A stretch of DNA of 64,000 nt, taken from the NCBI GenBank assembly GCA_002189035.1, contig NEEC01000002.1, forward strand, positions 5,704,001 to 5,768,000. Reading direction: 5' to 3'. Position 1 is the first letter of the stretch. The number at the start of each line of letters is the position of its first letter. The translations under genes and the position numbers were made by a program. Of this stretch, positions 36,035 through 48,200 are shown piece by piece. Source of the stretch: Utricularia gibba. Lineage: Eukaryota > Plantae > Magnoliophyta. The notes under the pieces are model-generated. The model worked only from the letters and a program-made list of their open reading frames with translations, searched no databases and was not told the DNA's origin.

Positions 36035-36774
36035 ATGGATGAGATCTCCTCATCGCCTCCTCCTCCTTTCTCCTCTGCACCTTCTCCGATCACCACAGGA
36101 GGCCCGGCGATCGACCGCCACAATCCGATAATTAGGGATCCCAAAAGGATATCCAAATTACTCTCCAAGCCACCGGCCGGGGACCGGAAAACGGATAAGA
36201 GTGATGAAAGTGGAGATGGTTTATCTAAAGATGGGATGTTGAGAAGCCCCTCTGATGACTTCATCAGCCCTCCTGATTCTCCGGATGTAGAATTCTCAAC
36301 CCCTTTAGCAGATATTCATCTGGTAGCAGAAGATTACAAGGATGCAAATACTCAGCAACCACAACAACAAACCCCATGTTCGAGTCCGCCGCCGCCTGAG
36401 ATGCAGGTTCCGTTGTTCATTTTTTTCATCAGTGAAGTTGTTCTTGACTTGAAACCATCTGCAGGTGGTTGTTATGAGAGTATCACTGCACTGCAGAGGA
36501 TGTGAAAGAAAGATCAGGAAGCATATCTCCGAGATGCAAGGTGTTGCACAACTCATGCATTATTTGTGCACGATCCATTTCAGTATTTGACAAGCATGAC
36601 CCTGGTACAGGGGTATCCTCTTTCAGCATAGATTTCGCTGCAAAGAGGGTGATGATCGCAGGGAACGTGACTCCGTTAAGTGTGATCTCAAGCATATCTG
36701 AGGTGAAGAACGCTCATCTTTCAATCGAACAAGTCACCTCCTGCACACAAGGAGCTCAGTTGCAGGGAGGGTGA
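36035..36774 (+). CDS. Heavy-metal-associated domain protein, NAKR (sodium potassium root defective)-like, 3 exons
   Basis: GGPAIDRHNPIIRD motif; spliced HMA domain VVVMRVSLHCRGCERKIRKHISEMQ|GVSSFSIDFAAKRV...VKNA with CxxC. Exons 36035-36406, 36465-36540, 36611-36774. Confidence 0.9.
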
Positions 36775-37156
36775 TAGTTGCATCATACACATCCCTATTG
36801 TCATGTACTTTTTTTTAACTGTCACCAACGTAACCTTCACTTTTCACTGATGAATTGAAAATATTATAAAATTGGACATCACTCGGAAAAATTATTTTCA
36901 AAAATGGTCTGGCCATCTAAATTTTTTATTTATTTTAATGATAAAAAAAAAAAAACAAACGAGTGTGGATGTAGTAAGAATGCATTCCTGGACTTCATAA
37001 GTTGGTTGGACTGCGCATATATATACAAGCAGCTTAACAGTTTAATCAACAAGCAAGGCTTATCCAAAATCATCGCAGTTGTGCGTAGCAGAAGAGATGG
37101 AAGCGAAAATAAGGAGCCAGACAGGCAAAAGCCAAGCCAAATAAAGCATTATTACC

Positions 37157-39882
37157 CTAAGAAGGCCCTGTCCTGAGAGCATTTTCCAAGTCCGCAATCA
37201 AGTCTCCAACATCTTCGATTCCGACAGAGATCCGAACGAGATCCTCTGTTAGGCCTCTGGCTTCGCGGACAGCGGCAGGGATGCTGGCGTGTGACATGAA
37301 GCAGGGTAAGCTGATTAGGGACTTGACACTCCCTGCATGATTAGAAGGAACCCATGAGAGAAAAGGTTTTCGGGGTGTTAAGATATAGGAGTCTCGGCAA
37401 GTTTTATTGGGAAGCTACCAAAGCTCACTGTGATGTTGAAGTATTTAGTTGCTTCGACTATATGCTTTGACAAGGGAATGGATCCCGTCAAGAAACTTAG
37501 AACAGATCCTGCGCCGGTTGCCTGCAAGAAGGTGTTGGATTTTGCGGCGTTGGTAGGAAAGCTTGCTAGATTTTTGTAGTGTACCTGTGAGTAGTGTAGC
37601 GATCGGCCTGGATGATGAGGAAGACCAGCATAATTTACTGTCTTTACACGTGGATGAGAGTCGAGAAATTCTGCAATTTTCTGTGCGTTTTCCTGTACAT
37701 AATCAATGAAAACCACTTCAATCCTGGGACACATAAGATTAGATGGAAGAATATAATCCGATGATACAACCCAACCCTTTACCTGAAAAGTCTAAATTTG
37801 ATGAATACCTGTTGTTTTTGAACTCGTAAGGCCATAGTTTCAACACCTCTCAAAGCAAGCCAGCAGTCAAATGGTGCTAACCCTGTCCCTTCTGCATTCT
37901 GCAGGAAATAAAGTTCTTTTGCCAGGCTGAAAATCATTATGGAGAGCTAGAGTTACAAATCGAACGAGAGTTCCAGTTCCAAGTGTGCCTGAAACAAGGG
38001 TTAAGCATTAATATGAACAAGCCACAGAAGAAAACCTTTCTTCCTTGATGGCAAGAACACCTGCCATGATGTCACTGTGTCCCGATATAAATTTTGTAGC
38101 AGAGTGCATCACAATATCTGTTTACAGATCAACAAATTAGTATTCATGGAGTATGCTGTTAACACAATCTGGATATACCTGCTCCCAGTTCCAGGGGTCG
38201 AGATAATACAGGCGACATTATGCTGTTATCCACCAAAACAAGAGCGCCATGAGCATGTGCAATTTCGGCTATTTTCTATATACAGGATCAGAATGAAAAA
38301 TCAAATTGTAATATTTTTACGTTGTGCATATTGGGAGCATCCAAACAACCAAAGCCATCTCAAAATAAAAATGATCTCCCTTACACGAATATTAGAAATC
38401 CGTATTCGTGGGTTTGTTGGACTCTCCAACCAGACAAGTTTGGTCCTTGGACCTAATGCAGATTCAACTTCTTCAATATTTGTTGTATCAACTCGCCTAA
38501 AATAAATGACCTAGCCATTAGAGTTGCTTGATAATAGTAATCTAACTAAGTGGAAGTCGGAGAACCAAACGAACTTGACTATAACTCCAGATTTTGGAGT
38601 TACTCGTGATAGCAGACGATCAGAACCACCATACATGTCATCCCCAGCAACAATCTCATCGCCTTCCATAAAGCAGGGGAAATCAATGTATTTTATCCCC
38701 CAAAAAATATTTAAATGTCTGGATTAAAGTTTACTACCTGACCCAAGAAGACGAGTGACAGCTGACAAGGCAGCCATTCCACTGGTGAAGCACAATGCTC
38801 TACTGGCCTTATCAAGCTTCGCCAGGAGCCTAAAGCAACAAAAAGGTGAGTAAACCACGAACAGATTTGCTAAAAGACGAACAGATGTCAGCAAAAATAA
38901 TGCGCATGAAGAATAAAGTACCTTTCCAAGACATCCCGAGTTGGGTTTCCACTTCTCGTATAGTCATACGGACCATATTCAGTGGCCGAAGGCTGAAGAA
39001 AACGTGATTTTCTTAGAAAAATACCAAGCCAATATCGGATACCCATGGTGAATGATGTTCATTTCTTTAAGAAAGAGAGTTTCATTTCTGAAAAATCAAC
39101 AAAATGGAACAAAAGATCAAAAATTTTAATTCATCTCAGTGCGCTCCTGCAACACATGAGATTTTCGTAAATTTGGTGTAAAACCAACTCTACTTGTTAA
39201 ACAATGCCAGATTTTCGTGAAACGTGTGTAAATTGGTAAATACCATTTTGAGTATCAAAATATGTCAAAGCGCAAGTATTGAAACTTTACTTGCTTAAAC
39301 GTTGCAGTCTGATACAGAGGGGTGCTCAGTGCTTCGTATGGATCAAACTCATTACCAAAGTTTACCAGCAATGTTGAAATATTAGGCTCTACTTCGTCAG
39401 TGATGTTTGTGGTCTCCATTACTGAAATCAATCATCACGAATCTACACTAGTACAAATCGCAAAAGAACCATAGAAACACTCACCATCTGCGCACTCGGC
39501 TACACTGTCAATCAACGCTGATCTACAAGCATCCATCTCCCTATCTCTTGAACAATTTGATTTGAATTTCTCAACTCCATGAGAATACCCATTACTTAGA
39601 ACTTTACACCGCAATGAAGATACATTGCTACTGCAAAGAAACTGACAAAAAAAGAGATGAATTGAATTAGATAGGAAAAATTTACTCCATTTTTTAGAGC
39701 CAAAGACATACGAAGTCAAAACACCCTCCACATAGAACAAAAAATTCCAGCTTTTATTAAACGCAAAATGCAGCATCTAACCCTAAATGAGTCGAAAAAA
39801 CAACACCACTTACATCTTTACCGAATTGCGATGCTGAAAGAAATACAGGCGATGGTTTAAGAGAGAAGGCAGCAGCTACCAT
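37157..39882 (-). CDS. CBL: Cystathionine beta-lyase, chloroplastic
   Basis: Transit-peptide-like N-terminus; [50 protein letters not shown] (PLP lysine), [10 protein letters not shown]. Exons join in frame. Confidence 0.95.
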
Positions 39883-40442
39883 TGCCGAGGATCGGTTGCC
39901 GTTAAAAAAATCACAGTAGCCCTTGAATTCCTACGCAACTCGCCAACAAAACAGACAGACATCTGAATAACGTTCACGCGCTGGTATATTTATTTGTAAA
40001 TTATTTCTTGGAAATGATTATTGTATAATGAATTTATACACAGAATATAAAAAAAGATTAATATTTTTTATAAAAATATTAAATATATTAATATTGCTAT
40101 ATTTTAAATACATTTAAATTAAAATTAAAATTTTAAAAATTAAATATAAATTCATTAATTTATTAATGCATTTGAAAAAAGAAAAACAAAATAAAAGAAA
40201 AATACAATATTTTTATAAAAAAATATGTTCATAATTCAACCACTAACTCTTTTAACACTTTCACTTCATCACTAATACAAACGAACTCCCATATTCAAAC
40301 TTGCTTTCACCTCCCATATTCATTACTATGGCATTTTATTCTAAATTTTAAAATCATAGGTCAATCTATAACGATCGAGATTTTGAAATTATAAATCTTC
40401 AATTGATCCCTACCACATTTCGATCGATCTCTAACGATTAAG

Positions 40443-40762
40443 GTATTGTTTGGTATGCATGTTAAGTGATCTTAACAATGATGTTAAATTAAAATTTTGT
40501 TTGATAACGGTTGTGTATTTACACAATATTGTTTATCTAAACATGTAAGGAACACATTTTGTTTGGTACAAGAGATTATATAATGAGGGTTTTGGATTAT
40601 TTATGATTGAATATATTAAATATAATAGATTATACATTTTTATGTTTAGTATGTATAATTGAATTTATTTGTGATTAGACAAATTATACATTGATTTTAC
40701 CAAACACATCAAAAATATAATCATAAGTAAAAATATCACTTATCTCGCGTACCAAACATGAC
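40443..40762. mobile_element. Tourist/PIF-Harbinger-like MITE (possibly nested)
   Basis: GTATTGTTTGGTATGC at 40443 pairs imperfectly with GCGTACCAAACATGAC ending at 40762. An inner TGTTTGGTA/TACCAAACA pair lies at about 40560/40700, and TAA precedes the left end. Confidence 0.45.
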
Positions 40763-41564
40763 TTCAATGAATAGAATTGAAAGAATAGGATAAATGATTG
40801 TAAAAAATCTTTAAATAATAGTAAGATATTTTGGATCATTTTCATAAAATTATTTATTTAATAACAATATACCAAACATAAAATATTATAAACATTCATA
40901 TTTAATTACAATATTATCAAACGCATATTCAATTTAAACAATAGATGACTGTTTATCTAAACAACAATAACCTTAACAAACTATAAACTAAACAATCGTA
41001 ACAAATAGAGACCTAAGATCTTGAAACTTTTGGCCGGTTCCACCACTGTGGAGCGTTCCGAACCTCCAGAACGTGACCGATAGGGAGAGGTCTTCTAACC
41101 TCCTTAAAACAATCCGGGAGATTATGCTAATGAAGGTAGTATTTGGCCTCCTCAACAAGCGTTCAAGAATTGGAAGAATTCTTGGGTCGTACAAAGTATG
41201 AATATTTATACATGTTAACAGTTGTAGTTATTTATAAAAGAAATAGATTCTCATAATTAATTCTAAAAAATCTCTCTTGAAATCATACTCTTTATTTAAT
41301 TTGAATGATTCTCAAAAAATCATTTCTAATAAAAAAAATAGAAGTTATTCTAAAAACAAAAACTGAGTGAATTGAGTTTCTGAACAAGAACGTTGATTTG
41401 ATTATTTCAACCACGATACGATTGCTAATCCTCGTTTCAAGTGATACCATAATCAGGGTTACAACAAATCATCTTCTACATCTCCGTGGACATGAATTCC
41501 TTTAGCTCTACAGAGAATCACGGCCACCCACCATTCAGTCCAGCACGGAGTTCCGGCAGTGAGA

Positions 41565-44373
41565 TCAGGACCTAAAGCTGCTGTGTCCGCCGTCTGCACC
41601 TGATGAGCTATACCCACTGTAACGATGCGCCGATAGCACCGACGGCAAGTATGCGCTGCTGCCAACTAACTGCGGATTGGAAGTCCGAAGTCCAGGCTCC
41701 ATGTTGGAGTAGCCGCCGGGAAGCGGCTCTGGGTGCCCGCCAGTGAACTCCTGGACAACAATGTAGTGCATTTGGATCATCATTCATCTCTTTCTTCTCA
41801 TAGCATTGTGAAGTTTTACAGTAGCAGTTGAATGTGAGAGAGGGATACTTGGAATTGAAAGGAAAACTACTTTGGAATCGAAAGGCATTATTCAGCAAAG
41901 AAACCTGAATCAATTGCTGAGCTATCTGGACTTGTGATGAGGTGCCTTTTATTTCCACTGTTATTTCATCAGGCAGCATCTCGCTTTCCTGCACCGTGAG
42001 AATAGCACCGCTTGTACGTCTGATGTAATCAATATTTGAGCCCTGGACTCCTATGATATCCTCTGCATAAGCAAGAGGAATTTGCATCGTATGTGCAATC
42101 TGCAGATGCGCACAACATACCATAAATCAACAGCTCAGAGTGCAAAACTAGTACTCCAAACAACTGAATACAGTCAGTATTGCACAAACCTGTGTTACTA
42201 CAGGGCCCCCAAAACGTCCTAATGCTGAGGAACGACTTCCAATTTCCAAGGGCGAAGGGTGAGTTTCAAGACCACGATCACCATACAGCAAGAGTCGTGA
42301 GGGATGTATGTGAGATTCTAACTGGATTTCACGTCCAAAATGAAGCGGATCCCGCTTTAATGAAGCAGGAAAATCAGACACCAATGAGGGTTGCGGAATA
42401 GCATGAAGGAACGCCTTTTCAGACCAGGCATCAGCTGGCCTCTCTTGAGCTACTGGTGTGGTGTACTGTGAAGGATAAGAGGATTGGAAGATCAGAACCC
42501 CCCTCTAAGCTATTACAAAGGAGGACTAAAGAACTTACGGTTTTCTCAAACAAGGGGAGAACACTATGATCCATCAAAAACTTTCTCAAATGCCCAAGCA
42601 CGGATTCCAGTGCTGGGATCACCTTCAGAGCCTCTCCTTGTAATTCCACAATTCTTTCATCAGAATCCGCATAAATTGGCAATTCCTCTGCAGACAAGAA
42701 TGTCAACGTTTTATATGCACAGAAGTTTCTTCAATATAACATGGGGTGATAATGAATTTAAAAAATAACAGAGCGGCAAGGAAGAGAGCTAAGTTCATTC
42801 TGAAATAAGCATGCAATGAAACATCACAGAAAAAGGTTCGGGTATGAACAAAATAATGGAAAACATTCAGATTCTATTAGCATTAACTTGTGCGTAGTTG
42901 AGAAAATGTTAGAGACTTCATAGTGTGGAGCTCATATGAGCAATCTCATTTCAATTTAATATAGGCATAGCAGACACGGTTCTGTGAAAGACTTACAAAC
43001 ATGTGGAACCAACTTAAAAGCTAACTAATGTCGCATAATGCATACCATGAGAAAGGACACGGACAGAAGCCCCAGAGCCATCCTGAATTGCCTTGATTAC
43101 GGATCCCTGCTTTCCTATTAGGCTCATCGCTTGTGTTGATGGCACCAACAATCGGATCAAACAAAATGAAATGGCAGCAGGGTCACCTGCTTTAATATCT
43201 ACATTCTCAGGTAAACCATTGATGCATTTGAAAATTCTTATTGTGGCTTCCATCGCTGGAGCTATCTCAACATCTGGTTCTTCCTTCCCAGATATCAATA
43301 CCTGGCATGGAAAATGAAAAAAAAAAATTAGTGGAAACAAAAGAAACTCCAAAGAGCCTTGAGTCCCCGAATAGAAAGAGAGCAAATAGGTGGCATAGAA
43401 ATGAAGAATAAAGAAGAGGGAAAAAAAGCAGGAAGCGGCTTCAAGAATGACATCATATGTTATCAAAATGTAAGGGATAAAAATAAGATGTTAGTGACTC
43501 AAGTCTTTATTACGTATGAAGACAGAGTGTTTTGCAACTTTTGCAATGGAATTCTAAAAGAAGCAGGTGTAATGAATAGGTACGATTCTTCCCACCGTTA
43601 TTGTAAAGAATCGGCTAAAATTATCTCAATTATTGAAAAGCAAAAGGCATGGAATCGCTAATATGATGGCAAGATGGCATGTTGACTGAAGTTCTCATCA
43701 ACAACATGCATCTAATCCTGGGTTAACAATCGCATTTTTTCCTCAAGATAGCCAACCAAGTAACCTAACAAAAAAATATACTCTACATTCGATGACGAAA
43801 TTGAAATCTATTCACTGGTGTGATAAAAAAATATATTTCTTTTTTTCTTTTCATCCTTTGGATAGGACTTCGCCCATCACTGAAGCAACCACTACACTTT
43901 GTAGAATATATAAAAACTTGCGGTGGCAGTCGCCTGCATCTAAAGAACTCCGACCTTGAACCCAAAGCACAACCAATGACGAAGTCCAGAACACATAAAC
44001 GACCTGAACACAAAGCGAAGGCAGACAATATCAAGAAAGTCAAGTAAAAAAGGAATATTACAATGCGATCTGGCGAAGTAGCAGGACCATCAAGCACACG
44101 AACCCTAGCCCTTGTTTCCTCAACCAACTTCTTGATAAGATCCCCCTTCCGTCCAATAATACCTCCAACTTTCAGCACCGGAACCACTACTCTAAAAACG
44201 TTGATTCCTGGCCAACCCGGCCACCTAGCCCTCAGCATCTGCGGATCAGTATCCTTTTCAGCCGAAGTTTCGAGCTCTGAATCCATTTCCGGATGCTCCG
44301 CCGGCATTACCTCAGCCACGGGATGCTCTAACCCGGCGGCGCCCTCGTCAATCATTGCTTGAACGGCGGACAT
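41565..44373 (-). CDS. Triple-KH RNA-binding protein, PEPPER/FLK family (closer to PEP), 6 exons
   Basis: WPGWPG..VFR, three GxxG loops (IIGRKG, LIGKQG, IIGVQG), VLISGKEEP, DHSVLPLFEK, MQIPLAYAEDIIG. All introns are GT-AG and in frame. Confidence 0.92.
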
Positions 44374-45204
44374 TGGTTCTGGTAAACAATCCGGTGCCTT
44401 TTGGGTGAAATACCGAAGGTTTTTGCAAGACCAAAAAGGAAAAACAGAGTTCCCTGAAATTAATATCAAATTTAGTCCATAAATCAGCCTAGGGTATATC
44501 AATTATAAAAAAAAAGATTTTATTTTCTCCATTATTTATTTCATATAATTTCTACAATATTCACCAATTTTAAAATTCAAGAAAATTTTAAATTCGAAAA
44601 CTGAAATTTCGAAAAAAAAATCCGAAATCTAAGCTTGATATTTACCGTCATCGTCTCATGAACACATTTTTTTTTTTTTTTAATTATTAGCAGAAGGCTT
44701 TTCGTATGTAGACTGCTTTCTTTCTTCCATTCATGGCTTCCTGGAGAGGTTTGTGGATAATCATCTGACGCAACTCACGATCAGATAAATAACTGCCAAA
44801 GTGCAGGCTTAGTATTCATCCTTACCGCCAATCCGTCTGCACTTTCGTCAGTTGCCGCTCTCTCAGCTCCACCCAACGACACAATTCAATTTCAAAACCC
44901 TAGCGCTAGATTCCGATTTCCCTTTCCTCCGGAAATCTGCGGCCTGGGGGACTGAACGGATCTTCCTCAGCTTCTCCGATTTCGATTTCGTGCTGATGAT
45001 GTATGTAGTGAATTTAGTTTAGCAGTTTTGATCGTTGATTCTGTTTTCAGATCCGGAGATTTGGTTGTTGCTGATAGATAGTTTGCCGCTGTTTTGAAGG
45101 TTTCTTTGTTCAATTTCTTTGCGTTGGATGGGTTTATTTTCTCCATTTTTCCGATTTCACGGCTTACGGAAATGTAGCTTTGGTCTTGTGGACAGATAGG
45201 GCGT

Positions 45205-48200
45205 ATGGAGGTGGAGTGCCAATCTTTCATTGGCAGCTGCGTAGGTGATACCTTTTATTCTGAGTCATTGCCTGAGGCAGGCAAGGGATGTAATAGTAAA
45301 CGAAGTTCTCCATGTGCAGCTGTGGAGGTTACGGAGGATTCAGCAAAGCGTGCACGGGAATCTGCTACGGCTATGGACGTAGAGTTGGATACTTCTGTCT
45401 TTCCCAACCGTTTCAGTTCTGAAGTGTTATGCAAGAAGGGGTTGAATTTACAGGTGGAAGCTCAGGTGAATGATATGGCTCTTGCAGATGCATGTACTGG
45501 GACTGGACGGGAAGAGACCGCTAATATTGCCAGGTTAGAAACAGTTAATGAATCTTGCCGTAACCAGAGTATGAATGGGAAATGTATCGAGATTATAAGT
45601 AAATATGATGGTGCTGAAGATTTAGAAGAGCACCGCATCAGAGATTTCCCTGGGGAAGCGTCAGAAGATGTGGATGTAGGAATGACGGATTTAACCAGAC
45701 GTAAGTCATTCCCTTGTGGTAAGACGTCCAGAACAAGTGATAATGAGGCTTTTTGTAGCAGTAATGAGAAGTATCCTGTGAACGGTTTTTCTTTGGATTT
45801 GCCTAATGAGATTGATGTCAGAGATGGTTCAAATGATGAAATGCAATCCGAAGTTTCTAACCCACCTGACATGCTTGGTGGTGATCATGGAGCTTCTGGA
45901 GAAATTACGTCTGCCTGTTCTCCAAGTACTTTTGTTGATGAAAATTTGATTGATGTAGAGCAAACTCAATCCAAGGACGAAACTTCTGCTACTACCTGTG
46001 TTGTTCTTGAAATTCCAAAGCATATGAGGCCCACTGGTATTAGGAAGATCACATTTAAGTTCAACAAAAGGAAGGATGATTATGATAAGGAACTGTCTGT
46101 TCCTGTTGAACCCTTGACTGATGAAAAGTATTATAGGGACTTTTATGGAAAGCAATTGGCTATACCATCAAATGAAAATTTCACAATGTATGACAAAGAA
46201 AATATTGAGTGGGAGATTCCAGAAACACTAGAAATGGACTCAAGAGAGCTAAAAGAGTTTTACGACCCACGAAGCCCTTCTCTCCTGTTTCCAACATGGA
46301 GCTGAAAATGTCCAAGAAAGTTGTCATGGATGGTCGCCCAACAAGTGTTACAGATCTTCTCTCTACTAGAGTATTGGAAGGAGCAAGAGTTAATTACATT
46401 TCAGCAACAGGCGAGGTTGTAATGTATATTATATAGCCTTTTCTTTCTTCCATTTTACCATATTTTCCAGGTGTACAACTGATTGTGGTTTCTATATGTT
46501 CTCCAGAGTAAGCTTCCGGGATTTGTGAAGGATTGTGGATACTTATGTGGGTGTGGTGTTTGCAACTTCTCTAAAGTATTTTTCTTCCTTTTTACTTTGT
46601 TTAAATTTTATGAAAAATTAACTGTATTTTTTTTTTTTATTGATGGTGCAATATTTGTATGGTTACAGTTGGTTAGTGCTCATGAGTTTGAACTTCATGC
46701 TGGCACACGGACTGGACATCCAAATGATCATATATATTTGGAGAATGGGAAGCCCATATCCAGCATAGTTCATGAACTCAGGACCGCTCCTTTCAGCTCA
46801 GTGGGCGGGGTGATAAAATCTCTCGCTGGTTCATCTCTCAATGAGGAGTATTTTCAGCTCTGGAGAGGTAACATGTAGACACTGCTGTTTTGATTCTTTT
46901 TTATGTTCCCCATTGGTAATATACCTCATACTATGCTACCTAAACTTTTTGCAGACAATTTTGTGAATTACAAAGCCTCATACTATGTGGACGTTCCAGT
47001 AGAACGAAAGCATCTGACAAAGAAGTTGTTTATTACCTCACCCTATGTAATTTTTGTTTTCTTAGAAATTTTCTCATATGTGATATACACTTTTTTGTCA
47101 GGCAGAGACATAATCTGTCTAGCACCTCTAGTGGGCGTAAGAAATCAGCTGAAAATAGAAACAGAAAAAGGCAAGAAAGCTGTAAATTTTTATAAGCTTT
47201 CCTGTTAGATTTTGATTTTTTTTACTGAATGCTGTTAATTTTTAATATGGGTAGGGATAATGATCTGCACAAACTACTTTTCATGCCGGATGGCCTACCT
47301 GATGGGACTAGTCTGGCTTATTATTCTAAAGGAAAGGTTTGTATTTTTCTGTGCCAGTTTGATTCAGTTGTCAGTTTTTCGAGATTGACCCAATTTTTTG
47401 TCTCCTGACAGAGGATTCTCGAGGGTTATAAGCAGGGAGGTGGTATTTTGTGTAATTGTTGTAATAAAGAGGTAGGCTGGCCCATCTAATTACTTAGGTG
47501 ACTTTATAAGGCGGTGGTTATATTTGTTCTTTCTTCCCTTTCTGATCACCGAAGTTGGTCTTATACTACTGTAGATTAGTCCCTCTCAGTTCGAGGCTCA
47601 TGCTGGATGGGCAGCAAAGCGTCAACCGTAAGTAGTTTTCTAGTACTAGCAATCTTGAATAATAGCATTATTAATTAGTAATAACTCTTAGCAGCATGAT
47701 CTCTTCATTTTCCAGATATCGCCACATCTATACATCCAGTGGATTAACACTTCACGATATAGCCTTGATGTTGGCTAGTGGCCAAAGTCTAACGTCAACT
47801 GGTAGTGATGATATGTGTACTGTGTGTGGTGGTGGTGGTGAATTAATTATTTGCAATGGTTGTCCTCGAGCGTTCCATGCAGGTAACTTTATTTTTCCCC
47901 AACCATCTTTCGCTTGTTCTTCTGCTGTACAAGTGTCAATCATAATATCAAATATGCTTTGTTCTGTTGGTTTTTTCAACGTTTTTGTCATTGCTGCAGA
48001 AGGCATTAGTTTTCCTTTTAACATTTTCCTGTGAATATTTTGCAGCTTGTTTAGGCTTACAGAGCCCCCCTTTGGATGATTGGCACTGTTCTCACTGCTC
48101 AGACAAGTCTACTTCTAGTTGGAAAGCAACTGGCGAGTCAAGGCCGTTTGTAATTAGGCTTAAAAGGGTTGTTAAAGCACCTGAATTCGAGCCTGGTGGT

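Noticed and set aside
1580-36774. A coordinated defence or metabolic gene cluster (UGT, protease, ankyrin-TM, F-boxes, HMA protein)
   Set aside because: Housekeeping genes are interspersed, there is no shared pathway or scaffold-forming enzyme, and these families are common enough to co-occur by chance.
46188-46255. A cryptic intron rescuing the PHD-GNAT frame (donor GTATGA at 46188)
   Set aside because: AGs giving the needed length (35, 44, 59 or 68 nt) sit in purine-rich coding-like sequence with no pyrimidine tract.
46250-46305. Programmed -1 ribosomal frameshifting as an explanation for the PHD-GNAT and PP2C frame breaks
   Set aside because: No in-frame X XXY YYZ slippery heptamer at either site, and each break is fixed by adding one base to a short run.
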